Made by a program: the position numbers and the translations under genes
Assembly: GCA_948433085.1 (NCBI GenBank)
Contig: CAOJDP010000005.1
Coordinates: 1-40,029 of the forward strand
From: an uncultured Bacillales bacterium
Lineage (GTDB): Bacteria > Bacillota_I > Bacilli_A > RF39 > UBA660
DNA length: 40,029 bases
Direction of reading: 5' to 3'
Notes under the pieces: model-generated
Seen by the model: the letters and a program-made list of their open reading frames with translations, nothing else
Told to the model about the DNA's origin: nothing
Databases searched by the model: none
Part shown: in pieces, positions 9,715 through 17,892 of the stretch
Position numbering within the stretch: position 1 is the stretch's first letter
How the letters are laid out: the number at the start of each line of letters is the position of its first letter

Positions 9715-10146
9715 GTTTTAAATCTATGTCATCTTAAATGGTATTAAAACTTGTTGTTCAGGAGTTAATGCTGATGACCAGTTTTAAATCTATGTCATCT
9801 TAAATGGTATTAAAACCGATAATTTCAATAACCATCTTAAATCTAAGTTTTAAATCTATGTCATCTTAAATGGTATTAAAACTGATATTGATGCTAAAAA
9901 GATAACAGTTGAGTTTTAAATCTATGTCATCTTAAATGGTATTAAAACTTTTTACCTGGAATAGATTACCTTTACGAAGTTTTAAATCTATGTCATCTTA
10001 AATGGTATTAAAACTACTTTTTCATTACGAGCTTTTCTTACATGGTTTTAAATCTATGTCATCTTAAATGGTATTAAAACTGCAAAAAGAAATGCACGAA
10101 TTGACTACATGTTTTAGATCTATATCATCTTAAGGCGTATTAAAAA
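9715..10146 (+). CRISPR. CRISPR array: 36-nt repeat GTTTTAAATCTATGTCATCTTAAATGGTATTAAAAC, 7 repeats, six 30-nt spacers
   Basis: Identical repeats start at 9715, 9781, 9847, 9913, 9979 and 10045 (66-nt period); the terminal repeat at 10111-10146 has 6 mismatches. Confidence 0.99.
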
Positions 10147-10236
10147 AGCAATTTTTTAATAAAACTTCTTTTTTCTTTGCAGCATTTAACAGAATTTATA
10201 AATATATATTTACATATACTTACATAGGTGAGTTGT

Positions 10237-10989
10237 ATGGACAAACAAGTTCTATATGCATTTCTTTTAACTACAATTGCAGGTCTATCTACAGTAATTG
10301 GATGTATTTTTATTTTATTTCCTAAAAAAACAAAAAGAATTATTATAGGTTCCCTTAGTTTTGCATCAGCTGTTATGCTTACAGTATCTTTTATAGATTT
10401 GCTACCTGAATCTTATAAAATGTTATCAAGAAGTTTTTATTTGTTTCCATGCATTGTAATAATTTTGATAGCAATGAATATTGGTATTTTATTTTCTTTT
10501 TTAATTGATAAGTATTTACCAGAAGGAAAAGAAGAAAATGGACTATTTCGTGTCGGAATTATTTCTATGCTAGCAATTATCGCGCATAACCTTCCAGAAG
10601 GTATGGCTACATTTATGGCAGGAAATACAGATATTCATTTAGGAATTTCTTTAACAATAGCAATAGCACTTCATAATATTCCAGAAGGTATTAGTATATC
10701 AATTCCAATTTATTATGCAACTGGTAGTAAAAAAAAGGCATTTTGGTATACGTTTATTTCTGGCTTATCAGAATTATTTGGCGCCATTATTACTTATTTA
10801 TTTTTAAAACCTCTTATTACAGAGCAAATTATGGGTTACTTGTTTGCAATCATAGCTGGAATCATGTTTCATATTGCCTTATTTGAACTATTTCCTACAT
10901 CTTGGAGATATAAAAATAAAGGAATCACAATCATTTATTTCTTGATTGGTATTTTCTTTATATTAATTAATCATTTTATATTTAAATAA
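10237..10989 (+). CDS. zupT: ZIP-family divalent metal transporter ZupT
   Basis: HNLPEG and AIALHNIPEG signature helices; hydrophobic; ATG 10237 follows AGGTGA. Confidence 0.9.
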   Translation: MDKQVLYAFLLTTIAGLSTVIGCIFILFPKKTKRIIIGSLSFASAVMLTVSFIDLLPESYKMLSRSFYLFPCIVIILIAMNIGILFSFLIDKYLPEGKEENGLFRVGIISMLAIIAHNLPEGMATFMAGNTDIHLGISLTIAIALHNIPEGISISIPIYYATGSKKKAFWYTFISGLSELFGAIITYLFLKPLITEQIMGYLFAIIAGIMFHIALFELFPTSWRYKNKGITIIYFLIGIFFILINHFIFK

Positions 10990-10990
10990 A

Positions 10991-11015
10991 AAGAGACTTT
11001 AAATTGTCTCTCTTC
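10991..11015. terminator. Probable bidirectional terminator between convergent genes
   Basis: AGAGAC-N8-GTCTCT flanked by an A-run and a pyrimidine tract. Confidence 0.6.
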
Positions 11016-11032
11016 TTGGGTTGAAACCTCAA

Positions 11033-11248
11033 TTATCTGAGTTCAAAAGAATGTTCATCGTTTTCATCTAAACGAAACGAGTGAGATTCTTCATCATCGA
11101 AACCGATACTATCAGTTACGTTATTAGAATTGTTTGAATCCTTAGAATGACAGTTTGTAACATTATTGTTAGTTTTATTCGTAACATTATTATTATTTTT
11201 ATTTGTTACTTGTGCATTCTTAGATTGTTTTGCGTTATTCTTTTTCAT
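11033..11248 (-). CDS. Small Asn-rich hydrophilic protein (71 aa), candidate spore storage protein
   Basis: RBS GGGTGA before ATG 11248; repeated N(n)VT[N/D] units and a duplicated E(S)HSF tail; convergent terminator downstream. Confidence 0.7.
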   Translation of the reverse strand: MKKNNAKQSKNAQVTNKNNNNVTNKTNNNVTNCHSKDSNNSNNVTDSIGFDDEESHSFRLDENDEHSFELR

Positions 11249-11264
11249 TTTTATCACCCATTAA

Positions 11265-11293
11265 TAGCATTAACAAATATTTTTTTTCTATAC
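11265..11293 (-). promoter_or_regulatory. sigmaG/sigmaF-like forespore promoter
   Basis: On the - strand GTATA-N17-AATGCTA, compared with sigmaG consensus GHATR-N17/18-CATAnTA. Confidence 0.45.
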
Positions 11294-11495
11294 AATTTTT
11301 TATAAAAAATTTGTATTTTTTAATACATTTATAACATACTATAATTATAGCTTTTTCAAAATATCAGAAACTATAATATTACAATTTGAAAATTCAAAAT
11401 AATATTTTAAACATAAAAACTGTCATTATATTTAATCAATCTTTAATCCTTCCATTGTTACTTTTAAAAACAGAAAAATAATCATATTTTAATAA

Positions 11496-12004
11496 ATAAA
11501 TATTTATTATAAAAATACATCCACTTTTGTATTTGCTAATTTAGATATTAGTAATAAATATATTTTGAATCTCTATTCATTTGATAATCGGAAGAGTAGG
11601 GAAGATAGATATTTTTCAGATTTTGAGATATTGATTCAAAAATTGTGGTATTTATGTTATAATGGTTTAGAGATATCTTGAAACTCAGTTGATAATTTAG
11701 AACTTAGATATAGTTGTATGTGTGAAAAGTTTAATCGTAAGGATTATGCAGAATTATTTAAATATATGACAAAAGAAACAGATGAGAATGATAATATATT
11801 AACGTATGATAATTTTGTAACATTATATGAAGCTACATATCATGTAAAACAAATAAAGTATATGCAGATATTAAAGAATTGTTATCACATGATGAACTAC
11901 CTAGATGTTCTACAGAAAGCCCTTATGAATTATTAAATAGTCCATTTACTGTCATATCTAGAAAAAAGATTTATCAATATTTAAAAGAGATTAACAAAGA
12001 ATAA
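11496..12004 (+). pseudogene. Decayed hypothetical gene
   Basis: Frame open from 11496 with one in-frame TGA at 11679, continuing into ORF 11718; a second frame from about 11840 to TAA 12002-12004 reads KVYADIKELLSHDELPRC...KEINKE. Confidence 0.5.
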
Positions 12005-12059
12005 TATATTAGTTAACATAATATACATTATAGAAAGTTATAAAAAGGAGAAAGAATAT

Positions 12060-12188
12060 ATGGTAACAGAACAATTTTTAAAGAAATATGGCGCAACAAT
12101 AATTGGTTTAGCTGTGATTGCTATATGGGCAATTGCTATTCTAGCTATTATGATATCCATTTTTAACAAGTCTATTCCAAACATGTAA
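12060..12188 (+). CDS. Unannotated 42-aa single-pass membrane peptide
   Basis: AAGGAG RBS; MVTEQFLKKYGATIIGLAVIAIWAIAILAIMISIFNKSIPNM. Confidence 0.7.
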   Translation: MVTEQFLKKYGATIIGLAVIAIWAIAILAIMISIFNKSIPNM

Positions 12189-12446
12189 ACATGGCTTTTT
12201 TTATCATGGTGTATTGTAGTAAAACAAAATGTATGATTGTTCAATTTAAGTTCAAAAAAATGTTTAAAATATGTAGTGAATAAATTACGAATGAATTATA
12301 AGTACTACTCTACTCTCTTTTTGTTTTCATTTTTATAATAGGGGAGTCGAATATGAAAATATTATGTTGATTGAATGATCTATTTGGTATATATTTGACG
12401 TTTTTCTATACTATAAAATAGTAGGGTATATATATCATTTTAACTA

Positions 12447-12477
12447 AAAAATACAAGTATAATCGCTTGTATTTTTA
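12447..12477. terminator. Terminator of the XRE gene (bidirectional-looking)
   Basis: AAAAATACAAG-N8-CTTGTATTTTT. Confidence 0.7.
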
Positions 12478-13263
12478 TGATACTTTACGTGATTGAATCT
12501 CAGCAATTTTTTCAAATACTTCGGTAGCATTTGATTCATTAATCTCAGTGTACCCTAGTTCTTTTAAAGCTTGTACTTTAATCGTATTTAATTCCATTGT
12601 TCTACTCATTTTTTCTTCCATTTTGTGTTCAATCTGATTAATAAATCTACGATGCGACTCAGCAATTTTTGTTTTAGACACTCCCCCACCATTATATAAA
12701 GTCATTGCGGAAAACATTATACTTTCAAACATAAATTGTTCTTCTTCATCAAATACATATTCTAAAGGTTTAATAAAACCAGCAGCCTTAGCGATATACC
12801 CCAATATATATTTTAATTCCTTAGAAGTACTCATTGCTTGAATGAAATGGTATAAATAGAGATATTGATTATATATATCTCCTCCATGATCTGAATCATC
12901 TTCTAAATTTTCTTTTAATATTCCAATAATATTAGATAATAATTCCTTTTGTTTTTTCCCCAATCCTTCATATATTGTAGAAGCATCTGTTGAGGCCTCC
13001 GACTTAATGGTATTATCAAACAAAGAATTGATTCGAGATTCTACACTTAAAATATAATCCGTATCTACTTTAATTTGACCTAATTCATCAGCCGACTTAA
13101 TACCTAATAAATTTAATAATAAAACTTTTTTGTCCTTTGGCCATTTATTGATATCATCTAACTCCAAATAATTATAAATCATTTGTCTAGATACCCCTAA
13201 AAATTTGGCAAGTTTTACTTTTGATATACCTAGTTCATGTAAAATTTCGTTTAATCTATCCAT
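12475..13263 (-). CDS. XRE/Cro-family HTH protein with uncharacterised C-terminal domain
   Basis: LGISKVKLAKFLGVSRQMIYNY HTH; upstream TTGACA-N17-TAAAAT and AGGAGG. Confidence 0.75.
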   Translation of the reverse strand: MDRLNEILHELGISKVKLAKFLGVSRQMIYNYLELDDINKWPKDKKVLLLNLLGIKSADELGQIKVDTDYILSVESRINSLFDNTIKSEASTDASTIYEGLGKKQKELLSNIIGILKENLEDDSDHGGDIYNQYLYLYHFIQAMSTSKELKYILGYIAKAAGFIKPLEYVFDEEEQFMFESIMFSAMTLYNGGGVSKTKIAESHRRFINQIEHKMEEKMSRTMELNTIKVQALKELGYTEINESNATEVFEKIAEIQSRKVS

Positions 13264-13335
13264 ATATCATAAAACCTCCTACTATTCATTTTAGTTGTTT
13301 TGTCGGATAATGTCAAGTGTAAAGAAAAAGTATAG

Positions 13336-14442
13336 TTACAAATACCATAATTTTTGATGATTCCTTCCAACTTCCTTAATAATTCCGCCACCTAGACATT
13401 CTTCTTCTGCATAAAACACACAAGCTTGTCCAGGCGTTACAGATTTGACCAATTGTGGATATAGAACTAATATTTCACCATTTTTTAAATACTCCAATTG
13501 AACTTCATTATCAGGCTGACGATAACGGAATTTACAAGTACAAGTTAATGGTTTTGAATCACTAATCCAATTAACTGTATCTACAATACAATAATCACTG
13601 TATAAATATAGATTATCTTCTCCTAGGGCAACATAAAGAATATTGTCCTTTAAATTTTTACCTACAACAAATAGTCTATTTTCGTTTCCCCCTAAGTTAA
13701 GACCTCTTCTTTGACCAATGGTATAATACATGAGTCCAATATGCTCCCCTACAACTTCATTGGTTTCAATATTTACAATTTGACCTGGTGTATTTGGCAA
13801 ATAATTTTTTAAAAAACTTGTAAAATTTCTTTCACCAATAAAACAAATACCCGTTGAATCTTTTTTGCCAGCAGTTATTAAATCATACTCCTCAGCAATT
13901 TTTCTAACTTCCTTTTTATTCAAATCACCGATTGGAAATAAAACATTTATTAATTGTGCATTGGATAATTGAGATAAAAAATAAGTTTGATCTTTATTCG
14001 AATCTTTTCCACGTAAAAGTTTGTTTCCCTTTGTTCTTGCATAGTGTCCAGTGGCAATATAATCAGCCCCTAATTTCATTGCTTCTTTTGCAAATAAATC
14101 AAATTTAATATATTTGTTACACATGATATCGGGATTTGGCGTGCGCCCTTTTTTTAACTCATCCAAAAAATAAGTAAAAACAAAATCCCAATACTCTTTT
14201 ACAAAATCAACTCGATATAAAGGAATTGCTAATTTTTTACAAACCGCTAATGCATCATTATAATCTTGTTCTTGTGGACAAATATCGTTTTGTAAAGTAG
14301 GATTCCCCAAAATATCATTATTCAAACTACTATCCCAATTACGCATAAATAAACCAATTACTTCATATCCTTGCTGCTGAAGCAAAATAGCTGCTACACT
14401 ACTATCGACTCCTCCACTCATTCCTATTACTACTTTTTTCAT
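13336..14442 (-). CDS. mnmA: tRNA 2-thiouridylase MnmA
   Basis: GMSGGVDSSV, TPNPDIMCNKYIKF, ATGHY, KDQTYFL, KKDSTGICFIGE, YTIGQRRGL, VTPGQ. Confidence 0.97.
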   Translation of the reverse strand: MKKVVIGMSGGVDSSVAAILLQQQGYEVIGLFMRNWDSSLNNDILGNPTLQNDICPQEQDYNDALAVCKKLAIPLYRVDFVKEYWDFVFTYFLDELKKGRTPNPDIMCNKYIKFDLFAKEAMKLGADYIATGHYARTKGNKLLRGKDSNKDQTYFLSQLSNAQLINVLFPIGDLNKKEVRKIAEEYDLITAGKKDSTGICFIGERNFTSFLKNYLPNTPGQIVNIETNEVVGEHIGLMYYTIGQRRGLNLGGNENRLFVVGKNLKDNILYVALGEDNLYLYSDYCIVDTVNWISDSKPLTCTCKFRYRQPDNEVQLEYLKNGEILVLYPQLVKSVTPGQACVFYAEEECLGGGIIKEVGRNHQKLWYL

Positions 14443-14505
14443 AACAACCACCCAATTTCTATACTCATTATAGCATGTTGTGAAAGAAAAAAACAGGTGC
14501 CTGTT

Positions 14506-15135
14506 TTATTTTACTACACTTATAATTTGTTTTACAAAATAAGGAACAGCAAATGTTTCATAAATCGCTGTGATGAATAACGAAATAACGACAATCATAA
14601 AAATGCGAAAATAAGGATTCATTAATGTTTTCAAATGAATTGTTCTTTTCTTCAAAATAGATGTAAGCAAATAATAGGAAAATTTGATTGCATATACCAA
14701 TAACAAAGTAAATACAATTAAATTGATAAAATGATGCGGAAAAATATAAATAACTGCATAAATGATTCCTTTGAATTTATACTTCAAAATGAAAGAAGCA
14801 ACTGTAAAGCCAATTATAAAAGATTTTGTAAAATACATAAATACAATAATCGGAATCCCAATTATAGAAATACCAAGTAACCAAATAATAGTTGTAAAAC
14901 TAAGGTTGGAAATTAATGTATTTTTAATTGCATCTAAATAACTCAGTTTTCCAGCTTGAACAGACTGCATAAACTTTTCAATATAAGATTGCACTAATGT
15001 TTGATCTTCTTTTGAAATGATTGTAATAAAAAGAGAACCAAAAATTATACCAATCAGAGATAATCCACTTAAAAATAGTATGATTCTTTTGTTTGCATGT
15101 GCTTTTTCTTTGAGCTTGTCCATTGTTTTATTCAT
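14506..15135 (-). CDS. spoIIM: Stage II sporulation protein M
   Basis: IWLLGISIIGIPII..., GFTV, IFPHH pattern; 5 TM; sigmaE-like promoter upstream. Confidence 0.85.
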   Translation of the reverse strand: MNKTMDKLKEKAHANKRIILFLSGLSLIGIIFGSLFITIISKEDQTLVQSYIEKFMQSVQAGKLSYLDAIKNTLISNLSFTTIIWLLGISIIGIPIIVFMYFTKSFIIGFTVASFILKYKFKGIIYAVIYIFPHHFINLIVFTLLLVYAIKFSYYLLTSILKKRTIHLKTLMNPYFRIFMIVVISLFITAIYETFAVPYFVKQIISVVK

Positions 15136-15152
15136 ATTGCCACCTCTACTGA

Positions 15153-15181
15153 AGGATATGAAACTATATAGAACAATATTC
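15153..15181 (-). promoter_or_regulatory. sigmaE-like promoter of spoIIM
   Basis: On the - strand GAATATT-N14-CATATCCT matches the sigmaE consensus pattern (xxATAxx-N14-CATAnnnT). Confidence 0.65.
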
Positions 15182-15229
15182 CAAAAATTAAAAATTTATT
15201 GTATAATAGTATTGATAGAGGTGAACTAA

Positions 15230-15337
15230 ATGAAAAAGAAAACAAAAAAAACAATCAACGTACAAAGAATTGTTGCGATTGTTTTATTGATTGCGATGGT
15301 TTTAATGTATGTTTCTTCTATATTGGTATATATGTAA
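15230..15337 (+). CDS. Unannotated 35-aa membrane miniprotein (DUF4044/Prli42-like)
   Basis: TTCCAA-N17-TATAAT promoter, GAGGTG RBS, MKKKTKKTINVQRIVAIVLLIAMVLMYVSSILVYM, hairpin after the stop. Confidence 0.75.
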   Translation: MKKKTKKTINVQRIVAIVLLIAMVLMYVSSILVYM

Positions 15338-15345
15338 TAGAAATA

Positions 15346-15372
15346 AAGCGTTTAGAAAAAACTAAACGTTTT
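15346..15372. terminator. Bidirectional terminator between the miniprotein gene and gpr
   Basis: AAGCGTTTAG-A6-CTAAACGTTT. Confidence 0.6.
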
Positions 15373-16399
15373 CATTTACTTTTTCATGGAGAGCCTGATT
15401 AATTCCATTCCCTAAAATATCACTTAAATGATTCATCACAAAATCTACCTCTTTTGGAGTTACCATCAAATTGTATCCAACAGGAGTTAAAACCTCATGA
15501 ATAAGTGTTTTTGTTTCCTCTGCATTAAAAGAGCCAAGAATTCCAAATAGTTCTTTTTTTTCTTCCTCATTTACATTTATATTCTGCTTCAAATAATTCA
15601 TAGAGCCATGTACCATTTTTTGCATTGGATTATGAGAAAAATCTTTTTGAAATGAATAAAATTTTTGCAAAAATTGTAATGTATCACTGACTACAGTAAC
15701 AGCATCTACTACAGTTGGAATTCCAATCGCAAGAACGGGAATTCCTAATGTTTCCTTACTGATTTCTTTTCTACTATTTCCAATTCCACTTCCTGGATGA
15801 ATGCCTGTATTACTCATCTGAATTGTGGTATTAATTCTTGTAATCGATTGACTTGCCAAGGCATCAATCACAATTACAAAATCGGGTTTTAACGTTTGAA
15901 TAATGCTTTCAACCATCTCACTTGTTTCAATACCAGTTTCTCCCATTACACCAGGTGTAATAGCACTTACAGGGCGAAAGCCTTCTTCAGGATAATCTAA
16001 AAGAAATAAGTGATTGGTTACTAAAATTTGATCAATCGTAAGTGGTCCTAAAGCATCAGGTGTAGACTTTCGATTTCCAAGCCCCACAATCAAACAACTG
16101 TCATCCTTTTGAATCTGACATTTTGCAAGCAATTTTTGAAAATATTTAATAAATTGTTGTTTTACATTTTCTCTGTTGTGATGATCGCTTACATCTTTAA
16201 ATTCGATTGTAATATAATTTCCTGCTTTTTTTTGAATAGAAGAAGCAATACTTTCATCCAATGTGATTTCCGTAATTTTTATTTGTTCTTCCTCATGTAC
16301 CACTTCTTCTATCCCACTTTTGGCATCACTATTTTCAATTGCCTCTACTGCTAAATCCGTTCTTATTCTATATTTACTTAAATCAATCTCATGATTCAT
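15362..16399 (-). CDS. gpr: Spore germination protease GPR
   Basis: IRTDLA/VEA autoprocessing site, LIVGLGNRKSTPDALGP, PGVMGETGIET, VIDALAS, GIHPGSGIGNSR, LMVTPKEVD; sigmaF-like GCAATA-N14-GGGAAAAATA upstream. Confidence 0.96.
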   Translation of the reverse strand: MNHEIDLSKYRIRTDLAVEAIENSDAKSGIEEVVHEEEQIKITEITLDESIASSIQKKAGNYITIEFKDVSDHHNRENVKQQFIKYFQKLLAKCQIQKDDSCLIVGLGNRKSTPDALGPLTIDQILVTNHLFLLDYPEEGFRPVSAITPGVMGETGIETSEMVESIIQTLKPDFVIVIDALASQSITRINTTIQMSNTGIHPGSGIGNSRKEISKETLGIPVLAIGIPTVVDAVTVVSDTLQFLQKFYSFQKDFSHNPMQKMVHGSMNYLKQNINVNEEEKKELFGILGSFNAEETKTLIHEVLTPVGYNLMVTPKEVDFVMNHLSDILGNGINQALHEKVNENV

Positions 16400-16505
16400 T
16401 TTTCTTCACCCTATTTATATTTTTCCCAAATAATTACTTTTTATTGCATTTTTTTATAAAATTTGCTAGAATAGAATAGATTAGTGATGACATGGAGGTG
16501 AGATT

Positions 16506-16766
16506 ATGCCAAATATGAAGAATGCAAAGAAAGCTGTAAAGACCATTGCAAAAAGAAAAGCAAACAATAATGCTTTTAAAGCAAGTATGAAAACAGCAAT
16601 TAAAAATGTAGAAAAAGCAGTTGTTTCTAAAGATAAAGCAAAAGCTGAAGAAGCTTTACACGTGGCAATCAAAAAAATTGATAAGGCATGTGCAGCTGGT
16701 GTCGTTACTGCAAATTATGTAGCACGTAATAAATCACGTTTAACAATTAAAGTGAATAACATGTAA
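16506..16766 (+). CDS. rpsT: 30S ribosomal protein S20
   Basis: MPNMKNAKKA...KASMKTAIK...IDKA...ARNKSRL; divergent from gpr as in Bacillus. Confidence 0.96.
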   Translation: MPNMKNAKKAVKTIAKRKANNNAFKASMKTAIKNVEKAVVSKDKAKAEEALHVAIKKIDKACAAGVVTANYVARNKSRLTIKVNNM

Positions 16767-16786
16767 TCATTTACTTTTCGTTTCAT

Positions 16787-16813
16787 AAAAATGATATTTC
16801 TATCATTTTTTTG
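16787..16813 (+). terminator. rpsT terminator
   Basis: AAAAATGATA-TTTC-TATCATTTTT followed by T's. Confidence 0.65.
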
Positions 16814-16859
16814 TTTTGAAAAATGAATTTTAATGATATAGTTATAATAGGTGATGCTT

Positions 16860-17777
16860 ATGAAAAAATTATTTGGCACAATTCTTTGTTTAATAACTTT
16901 ATTTTGTTTATACACTTATAGAGGTCCAATTATACGATATATCATGGTCAATTTCATTTACCATGATACTTTAAAAGTCTTAGAATCGAATTCTTATGAA
17001 AGAGCTCAAAATTGGGCTTATATTCAAAAGACAGATAATTTTTCTCCACAAAACAAACAAGATATTCTAAATTTATTTTATACTGCATTAGATGGTGGTT
17101 GGGGCGCACTTACTTTTTATTGTGAAGAATCCTATCCAACATGTATGAATGATGTAAGAAGCCTTACACAGGATAGTACTACCCTATCTAATATCAATAA
17201 TTTTGCCTCTACTTTAAATGCATATAACAAAATTTATGTAGATATAAGCTCTTTAGGAAGAGTTAATATTCAGTTTGAACGTTTGTATACTCCAAAGCAA
17301 CGACAACAATTAGAAGAAAAAGTAGATCAGCTTTATCAAGAGTTAATAACAGAAACTATGAATACCGAAAAGAAAATTCGAGTAATTCACGATTATATCA
17401 TCACACACACTGTATATGATCAAGAATATGCTTCTACTTATAATCTAAAAGAACGTAGTTTATCCCCTTCCAATACTGCTTATGGCGCTTTATTTTTTGG
17501 GAAAGCTGTATGTGGTGGATATACAGATGCGATGGCTTTGTTTTTAGATAAAATGAACATACCAAATTATAAAATTTCTAGTCCAAAACATATATGGAAT
17601 TTAGTATACATCAATAAAGAATGGAAACATTTAGATTTAACATGGGACGATCCTGTTGTATCTAATGGCGAAAATATGCTTTTACACACATTTTTCTTAA
17701 TTTCAACTGAAATGTTAGAACAGGAAGATACAAAAGAACATATTTATGATAAAAACATTTATATAGAAGCAAAATAA
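16860..17777 (+). CDS. Membrane-anchored/secreted transglutaminase-like (Cys-His-Asp) protein
   Basis: N-terminal hydrophobic segment; IHDYII..T.YD, AYGAL..GKAVCGGY, HIWNLV, HLDLTWDDP. Confidence 0.85.
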   Translation: MKKLFGTILCLITLFCLYTYRGPIIRYIMVNFIYHDTLKVLESNSYERAQNWAYIQKTDNFSPQNKQDILNLFYTALDGGWGALTFYCEESYPTCMNDVRSLTQDSTTLSNINNFASTLNAYNKIYVDISSLGRVNIQFERLYTPKQRQQLEEKVDQLYQELITETMNTEKKIRVIHDYIITHTVYDQEYASTYNLKERSLSPSNTAYGALFFGKAVCGGYTDAMALFLDKMNIPNYKISSPKHIWNLVYINKEWKHLDLTWDDPVVSNGENMLLHTFFLISTEMLEQEDTKEHIYDKNIYIEAK

Positions 17778-17800
17778 AAAGTGAGATGTCTCACTTTTAT
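17777..17800. terminator. Terminator after the transglutaminase-like gene
   Basis: AAAAGTGAGA-TG-TCTCACTTTT. Confidence 0.65.
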
Positions 17801-17892
17801 TTATGTTGGATAATTTTATGATCGTTCTCCCACTTATTTTCTATACTATAATATTTTTCATGCCAAACAACATGTTGCCTTGAAAAGAAACC

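Noticed and set aside
9833-9842. Spacer 2 contains CATCTTAAAT, also found in the repeat
   Set aside because: 10-nt AT-rich overlap in an otherwise normal 30-nt spacer; no evidence of repeat-derived origin.
11679-11681. TGA readthrough or genetic code 4
   Set aside because: Core genes use TGG for Trp and TGA as stop (deoB, dps, pilC); the same relic also has a frameshift.
12038-12244. 68-aa - strand ORF from the track
   Set aside because: Antisense shadow of the + strand 42-aa peptide, which has a clear RBS.
15199-15402. 67-aa Cys-rich + strand ORF from the track
   Set aside because: Wrong frame; starts inside the -10 box, and the RBS fits ATG 15230 instead.
16547-16558. Spacer 6 match to rpsT (TGCAAAAAGAAA)
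   Set aside because: Only 12 nt, A-rich and at the PAM-distal end; expected by chance.
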